DNA of 64,000 nt, taken from the NCBI GenBank assembly GCA_963753035.1, contig CAVWAW010000010.1, positions 466,093 to 530,092 of the forward strand, written 5' to 3'. Each line of letters begins with the position of its first letter. The first letter of the stretch is position 1. This DNA is from an uncultured Acidobacteriota bacterium. GTDB taxonomy: Bacteria; Acidobacteriota; Thermoanaerobaculia; Thermoanaerobaculales; Sulfomarinibacteraceae. This document shows, in pieces, positions 1 through 12,810 of this stretch. The notes below the pieces were generated by a model. The model was not told the origin of the DNA. It worked only from the letters and a program-made list of their open reading frames with translations, and did not search any database. The position numbers were made by a program, and so were the translations under genes.

Positions 1-1016
1 GGCCGACATGGCCTGGCTCGCCGATCTGCCGGACATGACGAGCACGAACTCCTCGCCGCCGAACCGACCGAAGTAATCGTCCGATCTAACACTGTCCCGC
101 ACCAGTTTGGCGAGCAGTCGAAGCAAACGATCACCCACCAGGTGCCCGTTTTGATCGTTGTAGTTTTTGAAGTGATCGATGTCGAAGAGGAAGACCGAGA
201 CCTTTTCGCCCTTGTTCCGAGCTTCGAACACGGCTTCGCTGAGTTTGACCAGAAGGGCCGCCTTGTTGAAGATCCCGGTCAGACCGTCAACCTCGGCCGC
301 GATCTCGACGTTGCGATATGCCTCGAGGTTGGTCCAGGTCAGCGCACCCAACCTGGCGATCATCTCCATCATCTCCCGTTCACTGAAATTGTGCCGTTCG
401 GGTCTGGCGATGGCCACGAGCCCGAGGGTTTCGTCACCCGCAGATCATGGGAGCGACGACATCAAAATCGGGCTGGCCGCTGTCCTGGCTGACGCTGTAG
501 CTCAGCGATCCCTCCTCCTCGTAGTCCTTTGCGGACCATCACCCGTTGGCGGGCGGCGGCAACTCCCAGTTGACCCTCTCCGAGGCGAACCTCCATACCG
601 ACCTTCATCTGACGCTGAGCCGTCGAGATCGCGGCGACGATCATGCGGTTCTCGCGATCGGGTTCGGTGATCGTGCTCCTCCTGCGAACCAGAACCACCG
701 CCACTTCGGGTCGGAACATCCGCACCATCGCATTGACGAGTATGGGAGGGATCTGGCGGATCTGGCGTTGGGCGTGGAGTTCCCCGATCAAACTGGAGAA
801 GACCTGGAAGAACTCGGTCTGTCCCTCCAAATCGAGCTCGAGGCGCCGCGTCGACCGTTCGATCGCCCCGTTTCCTGGGTGGATCTTGGCCGGTTGGGGC
901 TGCCCGGATCCGGGCAGCCGCGACCACAGGGCGACGATGATGACGAGCAGCACCGGCACAACCACCAAGAGGATCTTGGCTCCGCTCGGCCAGAGCATGA
1001 GTTCATCGAAGATCAA
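1..1016 (-). CDS. Membrane-anchored GAF-GGDEF diguanylate cyclase (3' end beyond window; frameshifted near 440-520)
   Basis: ORF 462..1016 gives an N-terminal TM and GAF-like region. Manual translation of 1-440 on the minus strand gives DGLTGIFNK...FDIDHFKNYNDQNGHLVGD...RSDDYFGRFGGEEF. Confidence 0.85.
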
Positions 1017-1173
1017 TGCTCACCAGTTTTTCTCGCCCTCCGGCTCGTTGTCCTGACGCGCGGGCCGTCTCAGGCCGATTTCGTCTACACCCGGCAATTG
1101 TACTGCGAATAGCCGTGGCACACAAAACACGGGCGTGATCGCAGTTCTCGGCAATCCCTGAGACCAATACGAT

Positions 1174-1842
1174 TCAGTCGTGATCGACCCGGGCATCGCC
1201 GTCGTCGTAGGTCGTGGCGAAAGTTTCCAGAAACCAAATCAACGCCCCGGCGGCGGCAAGTCCCGTCAGTCTCGAAGCCAGTCCCCTGCTGATGGCGGGG
1301 TACCAGTCGAGAAGATCCGGGAAGCGGAGATAGAAAACCCAGGTCACCACCATGATCGTACTGACCATCGCTCCGATCGCCCCAACCGCCGCCGCCTTCC
1401 GGAGCCTTGCATTGCCTGCGTCCGATCGGGCAAACGCCACGAGAAAGAGCAGAAGCGATCCGACAAGGAAGAGCAGGTTGGCTTGGAGCAACCTCGGTGA
1501 GGAGAGAACAAACGGCCAATCGGGGGCTCGGATCCCCCTGACGGCTGCGACCAGGGACGCCACCGCCAGGGTGAACGACGCCAGCGACGCCACCAACGCG
1601 ACGACTGTCGCGAACCGGAGAAGTCGCTGCCGGATGAACCGGTGGTGGCGAAGAAACGACAGAAAATACAACGGCATCGTCAGATTCGCCACGACCGAGA
1701 TCAACGGGATCAACAGCAACATCCCACCGTGTTCAGCTACATAGTCGGTGCGGAACTGCGGCAACGGTTGCAGCAGAATTCCACGCAGGACAAGCCAGAG
1801 CAGACCGACGACGAAGAACCACGCAGCGCGGGTCGGTTTCAT
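1174..1842 (-). CDS. Hypothetical multi-pass membrane protein
   Basis: About 6 hydrophobic segments; GAGGAGG RBS before MKPTRAAW. Confidence 0.7.
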   Translation of the reverse strand: MKPTRAAWFFVVGLLWLVLRGILLQPLPQFRTDYVAEHGGMLLLIPLISVVANLTMPLYFLSFLRHHRFIRQRLLRFATVVALVASLASFTLAVASLVAAVRGIRAPDWPFVLSSPRLLQANLLFLVGSLLLFLVAFARSDAGNARLRKAAAVGAIGAMVSTIMVVTWVFYLRFPDLLDWYPAISRGLASRLTGLAAAGALIWFLETFATTYDDGDARVDHD

Positions 1843-1920
1843 CAACCCTCCTCGCGAACGGCTTCCCAAAGGCCGGGAGTTCCACCATCAGGATATACCA
1901 GCCTCTGCTACCATTCCCAG

Positions 1921-2535
1921 GTGCCGGACACCCAACGCCAGCAACGTGAGTCGTTCTCCGACTACTACGATCGACCGTACAACGACGCCCTTTTCCGGTG
2001 GATCGACCTCCGCAAGATTGGAATCATCCGCACTACCTTCGCCAATCTGGCGAATGGAGCGGTGTTGCTCGACCTGGGCTGCGGATCGGGCAGGATCATC
2101 TCGAAGGTCAAGCGGCCCGGCGACATCGCATTGGCGGGCGACATCGATCTCAGGCTCCTGAACAACGCGCGAAGCCGTGGGTCACAGCCCCTGGCTGTGG
2201 ATTTCGACACCGACCTACCCCTTGCAGAAGGCGTCATCGACGGCGCATTGATCATCGATGCCCTCGAGCACACCGAGAATCCGAAATCGATCCTCGACGA
2301 GCTTCACCGGGTGCTCGCACCCGGCGGCGTCCTCGTTGTCTTCACTCCTCCGTATGACTCACATACCTGGATCGCCGCCGAGAAGGCGCACAATTTCATC
2401 ACCCGTCGAAGGAGCGACCACATCTCGCCCTTCACCAGGGAATCGCTCACCTTTGCAGTCGGACGACGCTTCACGAACTTCAAGGTCGGCAGGACCAACT
2501 TCGGACTGTCAATGTATGCGGTGGCGGTGAAGTAG
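1921..2535 (+). CDS. Class I SAM-dependent methyltransferase
   Basis: Motifs LLDLGCGSG, DALEH and LHRVLAPGG; GTG start in frame with ORF 1642..2535. Confidence 0.85.
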   Translation: MPDTQRQQRESFSDYYDRPYNDALFRWIDLRKIGIIRTTFANLANGAVLLDLGCGSGRIISKVKRPGDIALAGDIDLRLLNNARSRGSQPLAVDFDTDLPLAEGVIDGALIIDALEHTENPKSILDELHRVLAPGGVLVVFTPPYDSHTWIAAEKAHNFITRRRSDHISPFTRESLTFAVGRRFTNFKVGRTNFGLSMYAVAVK

Positions 2536-2550
2536 AGACGCGCGTCGAGG

Positions 2551-3285
2551 TCAGCGCTTCTTCACTGGCTGCGTCCGCCGCACAACGTGGACCGCCACGT
2601 TGCCGACAAAACGCGGCCATTGGCGCCAGATCTTGATGTGGCTTTCACCGAACCGGCGCGGGTACTCGTGGGTTGGCACGTTGACGACCCGGTAGTTCGC
2701 CAACAGCATTTTCATCACCATTTCCTGCTCGATGGTGTGGATGTTGGCCCTGAGATCGATCGCAATCAGCGCCTCTCTCACCCCGGCGCGGAAACCGTTG
2801 AGGGTATCGGTCAGTCGGACGTGCCACCGCTCGTTGATGGCGACATTCATGGCGATGTTGCCGATGGTTCGGATGAGTTGGCCAAAGGTCATGGACAGCT
2901 CCTCCGATCCGCCCGTAAAACGGCTTCCGACACAGAGATCGGCGGTTCCCTTCAGAACCGGCTCGGCCAGGCGGGGAATATCATCGGGGTCGTGCGACCC
3001 ATCAGCATCCATGAAAACGACCACAGGTTCTGTCACGAGTTCGAGGCTCGCGCGAATCGCCGCGCCCTTGCCCGCTCCCGGATCGGTGTAAACCTCCGCA
3101 CCGGCGCCCCTCGAGATATCGACGGTCTCATCGGTGGAATGTCCGTCCATTACCACGACCCGGGCACTGTGGCCCATCGCGCCGGTCACGGCAGCGCCCA
3201 CCGTCGGCGCCTCGTTCCTCGCCAAGATCACCGTCGCAATCTGGTGTTTTGCTGCGCTGTCCAATCGACAATCCCCCTCCCACAC
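2551..3285 (-). CDS. Glycosyltransferase family 2 (DPM1/polyprenol-phosphate type)
   Basis: ARNEA, MDGHSTD, GKGAA, FMDADGSHDP, GSRF, TDTLNGFR motifs. Confidence 0.9.
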   Translation of the reverse strand: MWEGDCRLDSAAKHQIATVILARNEAPTVGAAVTGAMGHSARVVVMDGHSTDETVDISRGAGAEVYTDPGAGKGAAIRASLELVTEPVVVFMDADGSHDPDDIPRLAEPVLKGTADLCVGSRFTGGSEELSMTFGQLIRTIGNIAMNVAINERWHVRLTDTLNGFRAGVREALIAIDLRANIHTIEQEMVMKMLLANYRVVNVPTHEYPRRFGESHIKIWRQWPRFVGNVAVHVVRRTQPVKKR

Positions 3286-3489
3286 GTCTCCTTTCCCATC
3301 CTACAAGGTCGGAGCCCATTTACCCATTTCGAAGAAACCCATCGACGCGACTCTAGGCACGGCTGTATTGAGACCAGGAATCTGTGATGTCGGACACCGC
3401 CAGCCCTTCCTTCCCCTCATACAATGACCGTCGGCAATCGCAACCGAACCTCAAAGCCCGAAAACAGCGGATCACCACCTGGAGGGGCG

Positions 3490-5212
<1,723 letters not shown>

Positions 5213-5214
5213 TG

Positions 5215-6586
5215 ATGAGAAGACCCACACGACGTGGATTTGTCACCGGTTGCTCGGCAGCCATCGCCGGCATGGCCGGTTCCCGTTTTCCTTCGCTGGC
5301 CTTTGCCGATCCCGACGGCAGCGATCAACGACGAGGTCCTCGTTGTGGTCTTCCTCCGCGGCGGGATGGACGGCCTCAACATGGTCGTTCCCATTTCGGG
5401 CGCCGACCGCGGCCACTACGAGGTCGCCCGCCCGAATATCGCGGTTCCTCTCAGCGGTTCCGACTCAGCCCTCTCCCTGGACGGAGTTTCGGGTTTCCAC
5501 CGGGCGTGTCAACCGCTCCACGAGCTCTATCAGAACGGCCACGTCGCCGTGATCAACGCCACCGGTCTCGATGAGGCGAGCCGGAGCCACTTCGACTCCC
5601 ATGGAGTACATCGAACGCGGAACGCCGGGAGTCAGGACCACCGCGAGCGGCTGGCTCGCCCGGCACTTCTCCAGCGCCCACAATCTGCCTCCCGAGATCA
5701 TCATGCCCTCGGTCTCGGTGGGCAGCCTCCAGGCGACCTCGCTGCTCGGTGATCGCGACACCATCAACATGAGCGACCCCGATTCCTTCAACCTCCAGAT
5801 CGGTCCATGGGAGTGGCGGGACGCCCAGCGAGTCGCTCTGCGGCACATGTACACCGGCGACAACACCTGGCTCCACGCATCGGGTCTCCAGGCCCTCGAT
5901 GCCATGGATATCGTCGAGCTCAACACCAGCGGCAACTACACCCCGAGCAACGGCGCGGTCTATCCATCGGACTCATTCGGCGACGGACTCCAGGTCATCG
6001 CGCAGATGATCAAACTCGACCTCGGCCTCCGCGTTTCGACCCTGGATCTCGGCGGATGGGACACCCACGTCAGTCAGGGCGACAGACGGCGCCGGATATT
6101 TTTCAGGAATCATGGCCACCCTGGCGCAAGGCCTGGCCGCCCTCTACACCGACCTCGACGGCGCCGGCGTCCAACAACTACACCAAGCGCCTGACCATGG
6201 TCGTCCAGAGCGAGTTCGGTCGCCGGCTCATCGAGAACGCCGACAGGGGCACCGATCACGGCCACGGCAACCCCATGATCGTCATCTCCGGAAACGCCAT
6301 CGGCGGCGTCCACGGAGCGTGGCCCGGCATCGGGCCCGGCCAACTCTTCGACAACGCCGATCTCGCGGTGACGACCGACTTCCGACGGGTCCTGTCCGAG
6401 ATTCTCATCCGCCGGATGGGTAACAACCACCTGGGCCACGTCTTCCCGGGGTATTCCAACTACCAGCCCCTGGGCATCGTTGCGGGCACCGACATCCCGC
6501 CCGACTACAGCGCCGGTGGGGACGGCCTCTTCGCCGACAATTTCGAGACCGGAAACACCAACAACTGGACGACATCGACACCATAA
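5215..6586 (+). CDS. DUF1501 family protein with Tat-like signal and C-terminal FADNFETG tail (frameshifted)
   Basis: TRRGFV N-terminus; VVFLRGGMDGLN, SRSHFDS, GGWDTH, SEFGRRL, NADRGTDHGHG and TTDFR motifs; typical partner of DUF1800. Confidence 0.85.
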
Positions 6587-6596
6587 TCGGATCACC

Positions 6597-6632
6597 TCGA
6601 GCCCCTGAAGACGAGCTTCTTCAGGGGCTCGA
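6597..6632 (+). terminator. Stem-loop after the DUF1800/DUF1501 pair
   Basis: tcgagcccctgaag / cttcaggggctcga 14-bp inverted repeat; no strong U-tract. Confidence 0.5.
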
Positions 6633-6692
6633 CGTCCTCTTCAGCATCCCCACGAGATTCGTTCCCGGCGAAATACGATCTATCATGGATGC

Positions 6693-7040
6693 ATGCGCAT
6701 CGATCACTTTCGCTTCGGGAACGTCCGAATCGATGGAGTGGCCTACTCCGAGGACATGATCATCGTCGGCGGAGTTGTCCGCTCACCCTGGTGGCGAACC
6801 GCCGGAAACCACATTTTTGCGCCCGTCGACCTGGCCAACATTATCGAGGCAGGGCCCGAAATCGTCTGCCTCGGCACCGGCGCCATCGGGATGGTGACGG
6901 TCGAGGAGGAGACCATCGCGGCCTTCGAGAGAATCGGAACCGAGGTCGTGGTCGATCGCACCGGGAGAGCGATCGAAGCATTCAACCGCTTCTCAGCCGA
7001 AGGGCGTAATGTAGCGGCCGCACTGCACCTGACCTGTTGA
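6693..7040 (+). CDS. Mth938/DUF498-like protein
   Basis: IDHFRFGNVRIDG, PEIVCLGTG, TGRAIEAFN, AALHLTC. Confidence 0.85.
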   Translation: MRIDHFRFGNVRIDGVAYSEDMIIVGGVVRSPWWRTAGNHIFAPVDLANIIEAGPEIVCLGTGAIGMVTVEEETIAAFERIGTEVVVDRTGRAIEAFNRFSAEGRNVAAALHLTC

Positions 7041-7080
7041 GTTTGACCACGATGGCCGGCGCTTTGGCATAATACGGATC

Positions 7081-7779
7081 ATGAAAACACTCACAATGCT
7101 CTTGGCGTTGACGACAATCGCTGCGACCGCCGGCTTCGCCGACGACCGGCAACCGCTGAGTTACACCTTTGTCGAGGCCGAGTACGCCATCGACAGCTCG
7201 ATCGAGATCTATGGCAACTCGTCGGATTCGGACAACGCCTTCGCCATCGGTGGTTCGTGGCAGATCTCCCGACACTTCGTCCTGTGGGGGCGTTTCAATT
7301 CGGCGAGTTATGACCTTCCCAACTTCGGCGAACACCTCAACATCCAACTCGGAACCCTCGGCGCCATGTACCGCATCCCGATCCGCGAGGGCGAGAATTC
7401 CCCCCTCGACTTCCTCGTCGGCCTGAGTTTCGAATATCAGAACACCGACATCCTCACCCAGCTCGGGGGCGAGACCTTCAGCGATCCGGGGATGGGTTTT
7501 GGCGGCGGATTCAAGGCCGGCATCGCCAAACACTTCGATCTCAGCGCATTCCTCCACTACGCCGACTACGGCGTATTCAGCGAGGGTTATCGCAACTATC
7601 TCGACGGACTCTCTTTCGAACTCGGCGCCGAGCTCTTCCTGAGCCGGCGTTTCAGCCTGACAGCGATCTACCTCACCGGCGAAATCGACTATGTGTACCT
7701 CCCCGGGATGGAACGTCCGGAAGAGGTCGAGGTCGATCGTGATGAGGTTCGGGTCGGGGTGCGGCTCAACTTCAGGTAG
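7081..7779 (+). CDS. Outer-membrane beta-barrel protein
   Basis: Sec signal peptide, LSYTFVEAEY start, amphipathic strands, C-terminal VGVRLNFR. Confidence 0.75.
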   Translation: MKTLTMLLALTTIAATAGFADDRQPLSYTFVEAEYAIDSSIEIYGNSSDSDNAFAIGGSWQISRHFVLWGRFNSASYDLPNFGEHLNIQLGTLGAMYRIPIREGENSPLDFLVGLSFEYQNTDILTQLGGETFSDPGMGFGGGFKAGIAKHFDLSAFLHYADYGVFSEGYRNYLDGLSFELGAELFLSRRFSLTAIYLTGEIDYVYLPGMERPEEVEVDRDEVRVGVRLNFR

Positions 7780-7800
7780 CGTCCGAGGCAGCGTCAGAAG

Positions 7801-8073
7801 CCGACCAGGCCACGCGGAAAACCCCGCCCCATCGGGGTGCCGGGTCCGTTTTTGTGCAGGAGCGACCTCCCGACTACGCCTCGCCTCGCGCACAAAATGC
7901 GGACCGGGCTCCCCCGGGGAGCGCGATGCGGTCTGCTGTCCCGGCTACGAGCCAGGCCGCCGACGCGCCATCGGCGTGGTCGCAGTCCTCCCCGCAACCT
8001 CCGCGCGACCTCGCCGATGGTGCGACGCTGGGTCGTTGGGACGCATTGGCGTCACGGCGACCCAGAAGGCCGG
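7801..8073 (+). repeat. ~270-nt structured repeat, copy A
   Basis: Runs from gcggaaaaccccgccccatcggggtg to cccagaaggccgg; matches the other copies listed. Confidence 0.9.
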
Positions 8074-8136
8074 TGATGAGGGCAGCTACCGCGGCAGCGA
8101 CCGGGACAGAGGCCGCATCCAAATCCGTAAGCGACA

Positions 8137-8312
8137 AAACCAACCCGCATCGGTACACCACCATCGCCGGCGGGACGCCGGCGCTACAAACATCGCAGCG
8201 CCCTTTGTTGCGCTCACGATTCGTGTGCGATAGAACCAACCCGCAACGGCACTCCCCCGGGAGGCGCGCCACATCCTGGTTCTTCCGGCCACGAAGCAGG
8301 CCAGAAGGCCGG
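8137..8312 (+). repeat. GTAG-type REP pair unit fused to a truncated ~270-nt element
   Basis: aaccaacccgcatcggtacaccaccatcgccggcgggacgccggcgctac, followed by ctcccccgggag...gcaggccagaaggccgg. Confidence 0.75.
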
Positions 8313-8394
8313 TGACGATGGCAGAGTCCGGGGCAGCGGCAGGGGCAGGATTCAGCGACCGGGACCGCGGCAGTATCCGACGCCGTGACCGAAA

Positions 8395-8669
8395 CCGACC
8401 AGGCCACGCGGAAAACCCCGCCCCATCGGGGTGCCGGGTACGCCATTGTGCTGGAACCACCATCCCGGCTCCGCCCCGCGCCCCGCACAATGGCGCTACC
8501 GGGCTCCCCCGGGGAGCGCGATGCGGTCTGTTCTTCCGGCTACGAGGCAGGCCGCCGGCGCGCCATCGGCGGGGTCGCAGCCCTTTCAATCAACCCACGC
8601 GCGACCACGCCGATGGTGCGACGCTGGGCCGCCGGGACGCCAAAGCGTCCCAGCGGCCCAGAAGGCCGG
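8395..8669 (+). repeat. ~270-nt structured repeat, copy B
   Basis: Same ends and hairpins as copy A; stem 2 variant tacgccattgtgc/gcacaatggcgcta. Confidence 0.9.
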
Positions 8670-8740
8670 CGATGAGGGCATGGTCTCGGGGCCGCGGCAG
8701 CAACCAGGACAGAGGCCGCATCCGTATCTGTGGGCGATGG

Positions 8741-8850
8741 AACCAACCCGCATCGGTACACCACCATCGCCGGCGGGACGCCGGCGCTACAAACATCGCA
8801 GCGCCCTTTGTAGCGCCCACGTCTCGTGGGACAGGCATCCTGCCTGCCCT
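8741..8850. repeat. GTAG-type REP pair plus gggacaggcatcctgcctgccc hairpin
   Basis: gccggcgggacgccggcgCTAC...GTAGcgcccacgtctcgtggg; same unit as the 23082-23580 array. Confidence 0.8.
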
Positions 8851-8989
8851 TCACTCACCTACCGGCCGAGAAAGCGTCGCCACGAAGTCTGACACCCGCA
8901 GAAGCAACGCATCACCCATTCTCAATTGCGATGGCCTCGCGTCCTTTGCGATCTTTGCGGTGAAACTGCGATGCTGCGATGGCGCGACG

Positions 8990-10616
8990 TTATCTCGGTC
9001 GGTTGGCGACGAGCGCGAGGTCCTTCCGGCTCAACCGCTGCTCGTCGAGCACCGTCAGCCCTCGCGGACATCGGCCGGGACCTCGTCGAGTCTGGTCCGT
9101 TCTCACAATCGCGTAGACCAGGGCCTCCTGACGGAGGTGATCGGGCCAGCACATCGACATCGTCGGTCTCGACCGTGTAGAGCCCATCGGAGTAGAAGGC
9201 GACGGCGATGGGGATGTTGCCCGCGCGCCAGGCCACGACACGGTGACCCTCGGCCCGAGACTCGGCCGTGATCTCTTTGGTCTCGAGAGCGAATGTCCGC
9301 GACGACTTTCGCGGTTCCATGGCCGGGTAGACCAATGCGGTGGCGACGAGATAGAGAACGGCCATTCCAGCTGCGGTGGCCACCACCGAATCCAAGGCCC
9401 GGCCGCGCACCGCGGTGGCAAGAGCCGCCACTCCTGTGACCAGGAGAACCGCTCCAAGCAGATACACCATCCAACCGGGCAGATACTCGACACGGTCGCT
9501 CACGAACGGCACGGCGACTGCGACGAGGCGTAAAGAGCCCACCGACGATGGCCTGCCCGACGGTGACCCATCTTCGATCCGGGGTCGTGGCGTCCTCGAA
9601 CCCCTCCCGCCAGCCGGAGATCCGACCCACCAGAACCGCCATCATGAGCGCGATGGCCGGAAACGCCGGCAGGACGTAGAGATCACGCTTCTCGGTGGAG
9701 ATGGAGAAAAAGACCACGACAAAGACCGCCGCCACGAGGCAAAGTCGCAACCCCTCCGAGTTGCGTCGGTTCCTCCAGGCCACGACCAACGCCCCCGGCA
9801 GCAGCCCCGTCCACGGGAGCAGCGAGAGCGGCAACCGCTCGGCGTAGTACCAGAACGGCTGAACATGGTGCATCCCATGCATCCCCCGCTCGACAAAATG
9901 TTCGCGCAGCGCCCCGATCACCGAGTAGTCGGCAGGCCCCCAGAGCGTCGCCGCCATGGCCCACGCGCCGGTGACGAGAACAAAGACCAACGGTCCGAGC
10001 AGCGGGGCAAAACGTCGCAAGCGAACCGAGATCACGCTCCACCGCCAGAAAGACAATGACGATTCCCAGGGGGAGCAACAGACCCACCGGACCCTTGGCG
10101 AGAACCGCAAGGGCCGCGGCGCACCAGAAGAGCGCCCCGGCCCGCCGGCCGTCGGCATCGCCCGATCGCCAAGTCTGCGAAGGCCGAGAGCGCCACCCAG
10201 ATCAGAAAACACAGCAGCGAGTCGATCTGGGACCAGCGCGCCTTGTCCCAGAACATATAGGTGGTCGCCAGCAGCACCCCGGCGAGCGCGGCGGTCCTCG
10301 GACCGAACCATCGTCGACCCAGGCGCATGACCAGGACCAGGGTCCCAAGGGCGGCGAGTACCGACGGCAATCGAGCGGTGAACTCGGTGACGGCGCCCAG
10401 GGGCAGCGAGAAGATGGCGATCAACCAGAAAAACAGCGGTGGTTTGTGGCTGTTGACGACCCCGTTGACGTGGGTCACCAGCCACTGGCCGTCGACGAGC
10501 ATCTCGCGCGCGCCCTCGCCGAAGAAGGGCTCGTCCGGCGCCCACAGATCGTGCGCGCCGAGAAACCACAGGAAGATCACCGCGGCCAGGACGAGGACCA
10601 GACGTTCGGGCTTCAC
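8990..10616 (-). CDS. ArnT/PMT-like glycosyltransferase family 39 (frameshifted)
   Basis: DLWAPDEPFF, HKPPLFFW, ARLPS, LAKGPVG, HVQPFWYY, LPWT and KRDLYVLPAFP spread over several frames. Confidence 0.85.
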
Positions 10617-10742
10617 ATCGACACCCGGCTGACTGCGAGGGATGAAATTCAATGGTGATGATCATGGTCTGTGAAGTGTAGAACACCCGGTTGCGTGGTC
10701 GTTGATAGAATCCAATCGACACCGAGGAGGGTCCATCACACC

Positions 10743-12807
10743 ATGAGCCGTCAGACAAGGACCGACCCCCGTCGACGGACTCGCAGATCTCATGCGAATC
10801 ACCTTGGGCCACGATGCCTTCAGGCCGCTGCAGGAGGACGTCTGTCGCGCGGTCACCGGTGGCAGCGACGCGCTGCTGGTCATGCCCACCGGCGCCGGAA
10901 AGTCCCTGTGTTACCAGCTTCCCGGGCTCGCCAGGGGCGGCACCACCCTCGTGCTCTCTCCGCTCATCGCCCTCATGGAGGATCAGGTCGAGGCGCTGAA
11001 GCAACGCGGACTCGCAGCCGAGCGGATCCACTCGGGACGCGACCGGCTCGAGTCGCGCGCGGTGTGCAACGCCTATCTCGCCGGTGAACTCGACTTCCTC
11101 TTCGTCGCGCCCGAGCGGCTCGGCGTCCCCGGTTTTCCCGAGATGCTCGCCAAACGCAAACCGGTGCTCATCGCCGTCGACGAGGCCCACTGCATCTCAC
11201 ACTGGGGGCACGACTTCCGGCCCGACTATCGAATGCTCGGGGAGACGGCTGCCGCTGCTGCGTCCGACGCCGGTCATCGCCCTCACCGCCACCGCCACCC
11301 CCATGGTCCAACGCGACATCATCGAGCAACTCGGCATCCCCGACGCCCTCGAATTCATCCACGGCTTCCGGCGAACCAACATCGCGGTCGAGGTGGTGGA
11401 GGCCAGGCCGTCGGCCCGGCCGGCAGTGGTCAAGAAGATCCTGACCGATCCGGCGCGTCGTCCCGCCATCGTCTATGCCCCGACCCGCAAGGAGACCGAG
11501 GCCCTGGCCGCCGAGCTCAGCGGGGCGTTCCCTGCCGCCGCCTACCACGCCGGCATGGCAGCGCCCGGCGGGACCGGGTGCAGCGCAGCTTCCAGGCCGG
11601 CGAAACCGAAGTCATCGTCGCCACCATCGCCTTCGGGATGGGCATCGACAAGGCGGACATCCGCACCGTGATCCACACCGGGCTTCCGGGCAGCCTCGAG
11701 AGCTACTACCAGGAGATCGGCCGCGCCGGACGCGACGGCGAGATGGCTCGGGCGATCCTCCTCTACTCGTGGGCCGATCGTCACACCCACCAGTTCTTTC
11801 TCGATCGCGACTACCCCGAGCCCCGAGTTCTGGCCAGGCTTTTCTCGGCCCTCGATGAGCAGCCACGGCCGTCAGACAGAGATCCGGATGCAGGACGGGG
11901 ATCGAACCGGAGGTCTTCGCCACCGCCCTGGAAAAACTCTGGATTCACCACGGCGCCATCGTCGACCCGAGGAGAACGCGGCCCGCGGCAAGGACGACTG
12001 GCAGAAGCCCTACGAGGCCCAGCGAGCCCACCGCCACGCGCAGATCGAACGGATGATCCGATTCGCCTCCGGCACACGGTTGCCGCATGGTGCGGATGGT
12101 CGAGCACTTCGGTGACCGGAACGATCCCAAGACCCCGTGCGGCATCTGCGATCAGTGCGCGTCCGACGACTGTCTCGCCACCACCTTCCGCGACCCGACG
12201 ACCCGGGAGGTCGAACAACTCTCGGCGATCATCAGTCTGCTCAAGAGCCGTGACGGTGCGACATCCGGTCAGCTCCACAAAGAACTCGGAGTGGGCGGCG
12301 CCGCCGGCCGAGGCGCCTTCGAGGCTCTGCTCAACGGCCTCGCCCGAGCGGGTCTCGTGGAGATGCGGGCCGACTCCTTTGTCAAGGACGGCAGGACGAT
12401 CCGGTTCCAGCGGGTGTTTCTCACCCGAGCGGGCCGGTTGGCCCGAGCCGATGTCGCCGATTCGATCCAGGTGGTCGAGGCGCCGTCACGCCCAACTACG
12501 AAGAAGATGACGGGGCGGGGCAGAACCCGATCGAAGGGGAAGTCGAGCGGGTCCCGCGCCCACCGAGCGGTTCTCGAACCTCGACGGGGATCAGGTGCAG
12601 CTCTTCGAGAAGCTCCGGGAGTGGCGACTGGCCGAGGCTCGCAAGCGCGGCGTACCGGCCTTCCGCATCCTCACGGACCGGGTTCTCACCGCCCTGAGTC
12701 TCGCCCGCCCATCGGATGAGGACGAACTTCTCGAGGTCTCCGGTATCGGCCCGCACACAGCGAAGAAATTCGGCCGCGGAATCCTCGCCGTGATCAACGC
12801 CGGTTGA
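10743..12807 (+). CDS. recQ: RecQ family ATP-dependent DNA helicase with HRDC domain (frameshifted)
   Basis: MPTGAGKSLCYQ, DEAHCISHWGHDFRPDY, ATIAFGMGID, YYQEIGRAGRDG, Zn-type CGICD, HRDC LREWR...GVPAFRIL. Confidence 0.9.
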
Positions 12808-12810
12808 TCG

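Noticed and set aside
7801-8073. The ~270-nt element as a tRNA, tmRNA, RNase P, SRP RNA or classical IS/MITE
   Set aside because: No T-loop/CCA or other recognisable consensus, no terminal inverted repeats, no transposase.
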